Assembly: GCA_905178155.1 (NCBI GenBank)
Contig: CAJINV010000004.1
Location: forward strand, 1,936,391 to 2,000,390
Origin: Amoebophrya sp. A120
Taxonomy: Eukaryota; Protista; Dinoflagellata
Direction: 5' to 3'
Length of the DNA: 64,000 bases
Positions 51,601-62,000 of the stretch are shown one piece after another. A program made the translations under genes and the position numbers. How positions within the stretch are numbered: the stretch's first letter is position 1; each line of letters starts with the position of its first letter. The notes under the pieces are model-generated. The model saw only the letters and a list, made by a program, of their open reading frames with translations. It did not search any database and was not told the origin of the DNA.

Positions 51601-51753
51601 GCGGATTTTGGAGAGGAGCCCGTTCTGGCTCAAGTGCGTTAGCTGATCGTAGGTGAAGATGGGAACTGCGGGCTTGTTTCCCGCAAGCGCCACCGTGGTG
51701 GAAACCGCGGGCGCGGCCGCCTGACCGCTGGATTTTGGACGTCGCTGGTGCAT
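48689..51753 (-). CDS. Multi-exon hypothetical protein with repeated G[RK][RK]H...DH motifs
   Basis: Exons MHQRRPKSS..., LINEIMRLQTEL, HGKKHVHGRPDHF, DGRRHVANPKPDHF, YDHIG-DLWSQKP...GRKHFHIDDRMFN*. Confidence 0.6.
48912..49217. mobile_element. Introner family F with nested 59-bp insertion
   Basis: acagtgcacaactctccctccccctcatttg / caaatgaggggaagggggagttgtgcactgtcata; DR ccccg. Confidence 0.9.
49048..49106. mobile_element. Nested insertion, 19-bp TSD, GCTAAGGGCTGGGCGTCCC motif
   Basis: gctaccaaaacttgtcatg at 49029-49047 and 49107-49125. Confidence 0.8.
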
Positions 51754-53170
51754 GATGTTTGGGTGGACGACGTGCTGCTTCACGACTGCGCGGAGTTGTT
51801 TGTTGCAGTCGTTACTTTTTCTAGACTGACCTAGGCGAGGTGACCGACCTAACGACGAACTTGTTTCGTAAAATCATTTTACACGGGAACTACGGTAAAA
51901 TTTTCAAAAAGAATTTCTAGCCTGATATGTCAAGTAGAGGTAATATTGCTACCTGACCATCGCTGGTGCCCACGAGCTACAACTACGTTCCTTTTGCGTT
52001 TCTTGCAACTAGTTTGTATACAAGCTGCAAAACCCAGAACGACGAACTCCACGATGAGCGGCTGAGAATCGAGTTTGGAGGAAGCACGACAAACTCCAGG
52101 ATCACGATGAGGATGAAGATGAACTACGACCATTCGACTTTTACTTACTCTGCGAGTGCTGATATTGCCAGTGCCAAAACGAATATCGACGACGAGACAC
52201 ATTACAACTTTTTTCCAACGAAGCATAAAGACGGATCGCATTGTAGTATTTTCAGTGGTCATGTTGTTGATTTCCCTTCGATGTGCGATTGTGGTTGTGC
52301 TAGTGAACGCAATGTCTAAGTGGAGTAACGCGATATTAAACACCATGTGCTTTCGTTGCTTCAGAATCTTGACCTTGCGCGAAGATGACCGGCGATCGAA
52401 AGGTCGTGAGGAAAAATAAGTACTTGCCCTATTGCTGGACTTCTATGATTGCAGCATGATCGATCGCGCAACCAGAAGGTATTAGAGCCATTTCCTCGCT
52501 TTCTTGACGTCTGCTCTATGGTCGTGTTCGTATTGCGAGGGTCTTTCCAGCAAGAAGTCGGCGCAATATCTATCAACATCATGGGGTGAAACTTTATGTA
52601 CTTATTGTGGTGCGCATTTTCCCAGGTGAAGTAGACTTGTGGAGTTGCGTCACGAGTGATGGCACAAGCTCCTGGGCGGTCTTGTCAAGAACGACCAATG
52701 CGGCGTGTGGTCAATACCACGGGCACGGGACGGAAGGCATTAAAACAGTAACAGCATGTAGTAGTCAAAGTACTCATGCAACTCGTAGTGTTCATTTCGT
52801 TTAACAATAAAGAAGCTACCTGGTAAAAATTCCATACCAATCATTCGACAATGCAACCTCTTAGTACCTCCCCGGCGATTTTTCCTTCCCCAGCCTCGTT
52901 GCACAAAAATACGATACAATACAACCTGCGCTGTGGCTGCGTGCCCGACGCAAAAATCGTAGTGGTCCTAAAAAATGTTCCAAAGCATGTTCGCCTACCC
53001 AAAAAAGCACAAGCCTTGTACTTACAAACGACATTTCTTCGTGCATGCTCGTCACGCACTGTGCGTTTGTTTGTTGAAAAGCATCCTCATTCTTCCGCTT
53101 CCGTGCGCCAGCTTTCGAAACCGCTGTTGAGTGTCTACGTAGAAGACAATGACAATGTCTCTTCCACCTA

Positions 53171-55717
53171 CTACAACTTCATCCCTGGTTCCAGGTAGTT
53201 CAAAATCCGCGTTCGATCCGCATCTGAAAGCCCGCGGTGCGGCAGCAAGTGTGTCCGCAGAAACTCCCGCTATCGAATGCAAATATCCCTGGATGTCTCG
53301 TGGAAACTTGTGATGCTGAGTGCCAAATCATGAGGACGCCGCAAGTGACAGATCAGCACGTTGACAAGTTTCTGAGCTATGCTAGGTGGTGTCTCTTCAA
53401 CATGACGAACTGCGTTTTTGCATGACAGAAAATTACGAGCTTTGGGGAGTAACGCGCATGACAGACTTGTTGAGAGTCATGCTAGCCGAGCATGACAAAC
53501 TTGCATTCTTTTTCTTCCACCAGAACCGCATGACATATTTGCATTTGATACCCGCTTGCCCCGCGCGATCGACAGAGACACCGCGTCGCGCTTGAACTGC
53601 GTGCGCCCGCTTACCTGAAGCAATTTTATTTTGCTTTTGGTTGCATGAATGTGCAGCATGAGAGCGCATAACAAGATAAATCATCATCATCATCATTTAT
53701 CCTGCACGACACCGCGACAGCACATTGTCGTTGCCAAGCTTCTGTTGATAAAAAAATTGCACAAGAACGATCCTACCTGCGTGAACTGCGGATGCTTGAG
53801 AATCAGTTCGGCGACATCAAAATGCCCAAGCTCCAGCGCCAACGTGAGACATGTGTTGCCCGTCTTCGCCGCGCGGTGGTCAATTAGCTGATGTAAAATT
53901 TTTACACTGGTGTGGATGACAAGGACGTTCACTGTCACTTTGTCGTCAACCAAAATTGATGTTTTGAAGTACTTACCACCGAAAAAGAAACAAAATGCAG
54001 CCAACTAAAAAAGAAGATATAAAAAGATACCTCGAAGCAGGAGGTCGCGAAAAGGTTTTCCTTCGTAGACGCTCCACCTCCTCCTAGGCTGCTATTCGCG
54101 ACGCTTATCCAAGATGACGTTCCTCCACTGCCCCCAGGGCAAGAGGCCGTCGACGCAGCTGCGGTAGAAGTTGTTCCGCCCGATAGAATTATCAGGTATT
54201 TCGCGACCTCAGACTCGTTGTCGACGATGCTCTGCATCAGCAGTGTATTGCCGGTCAGCGGACTCACGTCGTTCACCGACTTTGGGAACTGCATCCACAA
54301 CTTCCGTCCCTCGCGGTACCGCAGAATGGCAGCCCGCATGGCGCGCGGAGCCACGTCGTCGAAAATCCCCTTGAATGGGAAGTTCTCGTCTGCGGAAGGG
54401 AGATATTTCTCCCGTTCTTGTGAAAGAGCGAGCGACTCTTTACCTTGCACACAGCTGTGAGCGTGCGTCGCTGGCCCACTCGCGAGCGCGCCGTCGCTTG
54501 AACATGTTCTACTTGTGGAGCTCGTGCTGGATGGGCGCAGGCCTTCTTGTTGCACTCCGAGATGTTGACCCGTTCTACTTCGCTCAAACGTAGAGGTTCT
54601 TGTAGACGTATCTCCGCTCGCGGCCATCACCAGAACTTCTCGCTCGTCCAAAACCGGAAGCGGCAAAAACGGCGGGGGCGGAGATGATGCCGCTTCCGGC
54701 GGTGATCTAGTCGTCGACGAAACGAGGTGGGCGTCAGCGTCGTCGTCCTGCGTATCAAATTGAAACATCCCCCCTCCCCATCTCAAGACGAAGCTTCTGA
54801 TTTTGGATGGCTAAGGGCTGGGCGTCCCCATGTATACTATACCTAAAAAACTTAAACCATCATCGTCATCGTGAGGTACCGCGCAAGCACGAATACCGGC
54901 GGAGTGGTGACGACCGAAAGGGTCAGGAGACTCACCTTTCCCGGTAAACTCTAGTAGGATTATTTGGACGCCGCAATTTCCAATGCTGTTTAAGGGTCTC
55001 AGAACTTTCCTCTACAGCCTTTGAGTCAAGTTCGTATTAGTCTATAGTCTATATAACTAACTTCGTCAAGACGAAGCTTCTGATGCTGGATTTGCGTACA
55101 CAAATGACGTCTGTCTTGCAGTATAGGATTGCAGCCAGATTCTCAGCCTGTTTAGGAGTGTAAGCGCGTAGGTGTTTAGCATGAGAAAGGCCTGCTCTGT
55201 AGGCCCAACAGCATGAGAAACCGCATCCACAATGCAGCGCACACAACGGCGCTTGCTTTCTTACAAGACAGATCTGATTTGTGACCACAAATCTGCATCA
55301 CAAATTTTCAGAAGGATGCCTTTTTAATATGGGAAGGGGGGATTTTTCTTCACAATACTGCGTGGCTCGACTTCTTGCCACGACGTCGGTCTCGGTCTCC
55401 TGCTGGAGATAAGAACTTTGGCTTATTTGGGGAACAGTTGTAGTCGCGTTTGTTGTTCGCGGTCCCAGACTTCTCATGTTGTTCGTGTGAAGATGATAGT
55501 CCACCTGCTGGTGGTGCGGTTCTTCTTGCACTGGTGGAGATGATGATGACGACGACCCTTGTTCACCTTGTAGCTGCTCCTGCTTCCGCTGCTGACCAGT
55601 ACCTCCACACGTCGGAGTCTGTCTCACGACCCTGTCTACGTCTTCTGGGTGAGGAGAACACAACGGACCCTCGTCCGTGATGTCGGTCAGTGGCGAGTGC
55701 TCCGAGAGTTTTGACAT
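53171..55717 (-). CDS. Ankyrin-repeat protein
   Basis: VNDVSPLTGNTLLMQSIVDNESEVAKYLI; IDHRAAKTGNTCLTLALELGHFDVAELILKHP; FKRDAVSLSIARGKR-EFLRTHLL...GMKL*. Confidence 0.82.
53271..53550. mobile_element. Introner family A (moderately decayed)
   Basis: tatcgaatgcaaatat ... catatttgcatttgata; DR cccgc. Confidence 0.85.
54753..55357. mobile_element. Introner family B with nested 264-bp insertion
   Basis: TIR present; DR ctgcg. Confidence 0.9.
54802..55065. mobile_element. Nested insertion, 19-bp TSD, GCTAAGGGCTGGGCGTCCC motif
   Basis: tcaagacgaagcttctgat at 54783-54801 and 55066-55084. Confidence 0.82.
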
Positions 55718-56080
55718 AGCCGACGAAGCACTGTGCGTCGTGGTGATATACGCTACAAACAAATTGTTAGTGCTTTACTTCCCAGATGAAGTTGGGTCCT
55801 TCACTGGAACAGTGAAATTTTCGTTTGCAACAGCACTGGTGATGCGTTAATATTTCTTGTGCTGTGGGTACGGTACCCCGCGAGGTACTCCTATGCGCGC
55901 GACCGTATCGGGAAATAAATCGCATGACCCACGTAAAGAGTGTAGCATTAGTAGAGAAGTACTTATTCCACCTCACAAAAATTGGGCAGCTACTCCTACA
56001 AGACAAATTTTTCTTGTGTGACTACCTCGTCAGTCGACAGAGAGTAGTACATCTACCCGTAACAATCTGCATTAGGGACC

Positions 56081-59000
56081 TCAAGAGAAGTAAGCTAAGT
56101 AAGCACTTAGTAAAACAAAAATCTGCCGCGGATACGTGGAGCAGGTGGTGGATTTGGTTGCTGTGCTCACCACGCCATCGGACAGCGGCGACTGGTAGCG
56201 CGACACGCGCTTGCTCTTCCGAGACGCGCCGCCTGATTTTGCTTTCATCCCGGAGGAGTGGTTGTGGAGATGTTGATCTGGCGATGGGTGCAGGCTATGA
56301 TTTGTCGTGTAGGATGAAGTCGTCGACGAGGACGAGGATTGATTTCCAAAACCACCGGTTGTAGTTGGGGCGTCCCTGTGGCCGCTGTGCATCAGCTGGC
56401 CTGCTTTCATCTTCTGTGATGAGGCCGAATCGTTCATGGTGGGGCCAGGATTTAGGCTACCCGCAGAAGTGCTAATCGTCCCGCCCTTGGTCGTACTGCC
56501 TCCTCCGCTCAGCAACTGCCCGCTCGCGTGCTTGCTTATCCGTTTCGACATTCGACCGGAGGTAGAAGGCCGCGGCGGGACGACAGACGTACCCGGGTTG
56601 TTCTGCGCAACATTTGTTCCGCGGGTAGATTTCCGTTTCGCCGGGCCCGCACCTGGAATCGAGGAGAGAGAAATTATACGGTCAAAAGATTCTGTACCGT
56701 TAAAAACTGCAATTCAATAATATCGACGCAGACGAGATCAACATTTTTGGTAGACAGATTTACAGCCGCCTGCAAATACAAAAGGAGCACACATGGTCGA
56801 AATAAGGAGCATGATCAAAGGACCTTCATCCCCCGAGTCCTCATCAGAGCTGGTGTCGCTATCGCTCGAGCTCGAAGTGCTGCTCGAGGAGGAGATGGCG
56901 TTCTCAAACGTTGCATTGTTTAGCTGTTACTTAAATTTCTGATGCAAGATAAATACCAAACACGCAGGGTGGGCAGTTGCCTTTGCGATTCTCGCATTAC
57001 AAAAAATTCAGATTATTCGGCAAAGATTCTCTCCATGCCGACTGGCCGTCCTTTGGGAATTCGTCATGCGAAGTAGTGTGGCAGTGGCGGTGGCGCCACC
57101 TAGTGTTATACTTAATTATGCATGACAAATCATGTAACCATCAAACAAAACGTAACAATTCTTCACGTGCATAGAGGAGGAACTGCTCTTCGAGGTGGCA
57201 ACCGAGCTCCGCTTGCGTGGTCCAGCTCCTCCCTGCTGCATGACCGTCCGCGCCGTTTCTTTTTCCGCACCGCCTCGCCCGGAGAGAATCCGATCGAACT
57301 CTGCACTCGCCTGCTGCTCCTGTTGCAGCTTGCTCCGCGCGGTCGCCGCGTTGGCCCGCCGGAGCTCGCTGGCGTCGTCGAAGTCAAAGCACATCTTGCT
57401 CTGTCGGCGCTCCGCCGAGAGCTCGTCCAGGAGGAGGTCCACATCTTCCGGACTTGTTGCCACATCTTCACTACGTCGGGGAGCGGCCTGCAAGAACTCG
57501 TTGCTTTCCTGCTCGCCTCGATGCTCTATCATTTCTTCGTTTTCCGCCGCAGCTCGATCTTCCTCCGCTGCAAGGTCCACAACCGAAAAAAGGTCGGAGT
57601 CGCGTCTTTTGTGCCCTGCTTCCGGAGTTGTTCGTGAAGAGGAACTACCGAAGAACGGCCCGGCACCTGCTCCACCAGGGCCTTTCGAGGTAGTGCCAGA
57701 ACTCCAACAAGAGGTCGCACTTCCAAAAAACTGACTCTGCGACGTCGTTGACTGAATGTGGTCTACTTCTAGCATCTTACTAGTAGTGCCACTGCTGGAG
57801 GTCGTGTGTTGCGCCGTCAAAGTGGTGCCGCTAATGTTCTTCCTCGGAGGTCCGTCAAAATTTTTTGCGTCACAACCTTCTGTGGTCGAGGAGGGCAGAG
57901 GGGCGCTCGAGGGAAAAATGTCCACTTTGCGTGACGAAAATGATCCGTCATGTGGCACGAACAAACCTCCTGCAGCATGCTCGGAGTCCGGATTTGCCAC
58001 GTCCTCGCGGTAGTGTCTGCCGACCTTTATCAAATGTGAAAATGTCTGGGTCTGGAAGCTTGCAACTTGTCATGCTCTCTTTGGATTCCAAAAAAATCTG
58101 TATTGCGTGACCAGCAACAGGAGTCCAGTTTGCGTTACGCGGAGAGGGCATTTCTCATGCAGAATGGGCATCAGAAAGCCCTGTAAAAATCTGTGATGCT
58201 AGATCATGCATTACATGCATCATGGATCATACAAAATATGCATCACAAATCCCAGAATCTTCCAGACCCAGACATTTTTGCATTTGATAACCTTCACGGA
58301 CGGCAGATTTCGCAGCTCCTCGCGTCTGTCAAGCGCTTCGCGGCCGGTCCGACACTTGTGCAGAGTGTGCTTCAAAGTGTTGCCCATCTATTCGAACAGG
58401 TAGATTCACGTCCATTCAGAACTCCGTTGATGTGGGATGAGCAGTATGTAGTAGATGTTTGGCACCAGTTCCGGCGGGTTAATATGCTTCATACGAAATA
58501 AAGATCCGGTGATTATTTTCATCTCAGTACTTACACTAGTCCTGTACTTACTAGCGCCGCCATGGTCTTCAACAATCGGACCGTCGTGCCAGAACCGCAG
58601 GTCGCAATCACGCTTGCAAATCCCCCCACTGGTCGCGACGCCGGGGAGGTGTTTCCTTTGGATAAAGGAACAACAGGCACTGGATTTTTTGTCAACATCG
58701 ACTACACACGAGGAATACAAATAGATACTAGAGAAACCAAAAAGAGCATCAAATAAAGCACGACGACAAACCGGGAACTATAGATAGAAGAAGGATCAGA
58801 AGAACCATTGGAGCACACGTCGCGAGTGGAATCAAATTTCTGAGGACCGGAAGACACAGAGGACAAAATGAGCTCCATAATCATTTCTAAACCGAAGCAC
58901 GAGAAGGCCGCAAACACGACGATGCTTCCCGGACGGAAAGTGGTCATCAGAGGAAGTGCAAAGCGCTTGGGCGTAGTGGAGCTTCACCCTTTTAAGTAAA

Positions 59001-62000
59001 CACCAGACGACACCAGCAGACCTTCACCTTCATCGATGTTGACAAGGCAGAGGGATACTTGTGATATGTGAGTGTTTCTTCATATTCGCTATTTTTGCCC
59101 GAGCGGGGGTCAAGAAGAGAAAGCGCCATGCCTCTGCTGATGTCAGCGTTGAAATGTGTTTCGATCACTTGTTCCTTCGGTCGTTGTTCTTTGTGAGGAA
59201 CAACAGGAGGCACGGTGGAGGTACAAGTTCTTCCAAGTTGTACTAGATCGCCTTAACTGATAAATCGCAAAATATTAAGCGCTCCATCTTGTAGCTTTAC
59301 AACTCACTACTGCCCTCTTCACCGCCTCGTCTTGCCGAGTTTGAGTGTTTCCGGACCCTCGACCGGGTCGCGTCGGTTTCCGCCGGCGGCGTAGCTCTTC
59401 GTGTCCTATGACCGTGCGCATCTCCCCCTCCCCCTCATGTGTCATGCAAAATACCCAATCCACCCCTTGCCTCTTGATGGCACTGTTTGCATGACAAGTT
59501 CTGGCAGCCCAAATAGCATTACGCTCCAGTGCAAATTTGTCATGCAAAACTGGCATTCTTGCTGATGCTTGTATTGCCGTTCATGCTATGCAAATGAGGG
59601 GGAGGCGGAGTTGTGCACTGTCATACGTTCATGTAGCGGTCGATAAAGTCGCCCCCCAGGTTATCAAAAGGAAAAATCCCCCCTCCCCATATCGAAAACG
59701 TATCCGTCTGAAAATTTGTGATGCGCATTTGTGACCTCAAATCCTGTCTGTCTTGCAAGAAGGCAAGTCCAGAAAGCGTTCCGCATTTTTCAGGCGGTTT
59801 GTGATGCTTTTTGGCTCAGAGCATGCACGTTTGTCATGCTAGGCGCCTACGTCAAAACCTCTCGGCTGAGGCTTGCCATATGCCTGCATTCCTCTACTGC
59901 AAGACAAATCTGATTTGTGTATGGAAATCCAGCATCAGAAACTTCGTTTCGATATGGGGAGGGGGCATTTTTCCTCATGATACAGGTTTTTCTCTACGCC
60001 CGCCGCGCCGCCGGGCCCCTGGCCCAGCTCGTGATCCCGCTTCACGTATCCTAAGGAAAAACGTGCCCACGACCCCAGATTCAAGATGGAGACTTTGCAA
60101 CACAAACCTCGAAGTTTTGCGAGTCACGCATTACAAATTGCAGGCTCTAGTGTAGTGCAGTTTAGCAAGAAAAGTCGCATTACAAATCCATCTGCTCATC
60201 CTGTTTACAGCATTACAAGTCCCAAAACACGATCGGAAATGCCTATCATGGGGATGCGCATTACAAATGCTCTTGTGCTTGCAGATCCGCATGACAACTC
60301 TGGGGTGAGGATGTTTTTGCACAGCATATCACGGCCACGGACTTTAGATTTTCGTTTTTCTGCACGACGCGGATGACCTCCGGGGCGTAGGCGCCCATCA
60401 GGCTATGAGAGTGCACAACTCCCCCTCCCCCTCATTTGTCATGCAAAATACCAAATAGAAGCGCTGCTTCGTGGTACTGTTTGCATGACAGATCATTCCG
60501 GAAGCCCAAACAGGACTACTTACACTAGGTGCATGAACTTGTCATGCACAGGCTCCACCGGTGGCGGTGTCTGTATTACTGTTCATGCTATGCAAATGAG
60601 GGGAAGGAGCAGAGTTGTGCACTGTCATACCGGCGCTCCTCCGCCCCGATGCCCGACAGTCCGGTGGCCAGCTTGAAGTCGTGCGGACGGGTGGAGTAGG
60701 CTTTTCCGGTCGCGAGCACTTGTTTCTTTTGGTACGTAAAGTACGCCTCAATTTCCTCCGGCGTGGGCTCCGGGTCCTTCTGGTGAACCAGGTCCCGCCT
60801 GCGGATCCGCTGTCGCGCCGCCCCATGGTGCCGGTCGCTGTGGTGGTGGTGCTGGCCGCCGCGGTGGTCTCCGCGCCCGCACGAACGCGACCGGGGATGG
60901 TCTCCGCGCCCGCGCGAACGCGACCGGTGTCCGCCTCTGGCCGCGCCGGTTTTGTCACGCGGGTGGTCCCGGGTCGCGTAGTGGTCTCTGCTGTCCTGAT
61001 TGTGCCCGCTACTTGTTGTCCCGTGGTGGTCGCGGTGGTACGTCTATCCACATGTTTGCAAAAGCCCTCTCGCAACTTCCTCAGATCTGGTTCTGGTAGC
61101 TCTAAAACAAAATTTAAATTGTATCAACAAGCTCTACTAAGCGGAATAAAAAAAAAAGCAATTTGTCACGCAGCTGGATCAGGTATCAAAATGAGACTCC
61201 ACTTGCAGTGCTGTATTGCAATTTAATATCCGAACGACTGCGATAGTACAACTTTTGCACAGGATAAACCCGCGTCCCGCTCGCCGCGGGGTTCCCGCGC
61301 GGCCCGATGGTGCCCCGTCGACGTTGTCGATACGTGGTTTGCTTCCTTCTCGCTGGCACGTTCGGCGAAATTACCGGTGGTCCTGTGTCTGTTGCCAGTG
61401 GTAGTAGATGATGCGTGGATGAACGAATCATCCTCACGCGCTGCTGGTCCCCCACCTCTTCGGGGTCCTGATGAGGACGAAGCGACAGCCCCACCGGCAA
61501 GCGGATCTTTGCTAGCTCCTTGCAGTATTAACTCCTGCTCGCGCGGCCTTTTCTCCTCGTTTCCTGGTGTAACATTTTCCGTTTCCGGAACCGCGGAGGA
61601 ACATGTCCTCTCCACTTTTTGCCCTTGAGAATCTTCCGCCGCATTTACTCCCGGCGGTGGTGGCGGCGGTGGAGGGGGACCAGAATCAGGACCAGGATCA
61701 GGACCACCTCCTTCTCCTACCTCTATTGGTATTTCCGCCGCTGCGGCTGCTCCACCTGATAGCACAAGCAGATCAACATGTTGCAGATCTCCCGCGACGA
61801 GAGAAGTGCTCGCAGAACTTTTATTTTCCGTCCCAAGACGGTCGCGCAGATGCAGATCTTCCACACCATCTTCCATGAGCACGTCCTCGGCCGGCGGGGG
61901 CGGCGGCGGCGGAGGTGGCGCGGACGAGGCCGACGACCCCATCTGGTCAACGTTATAATAGGTATGCCTAGTGGCAGCAGCATGAGGTTCTTCTACGACC

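Noticed and set aside
54905-54935. Hammerhead ribozyme in the nested insert
   Set aside because: Has gtgacga rather than CTGANGA and no GAAA core after the stem.
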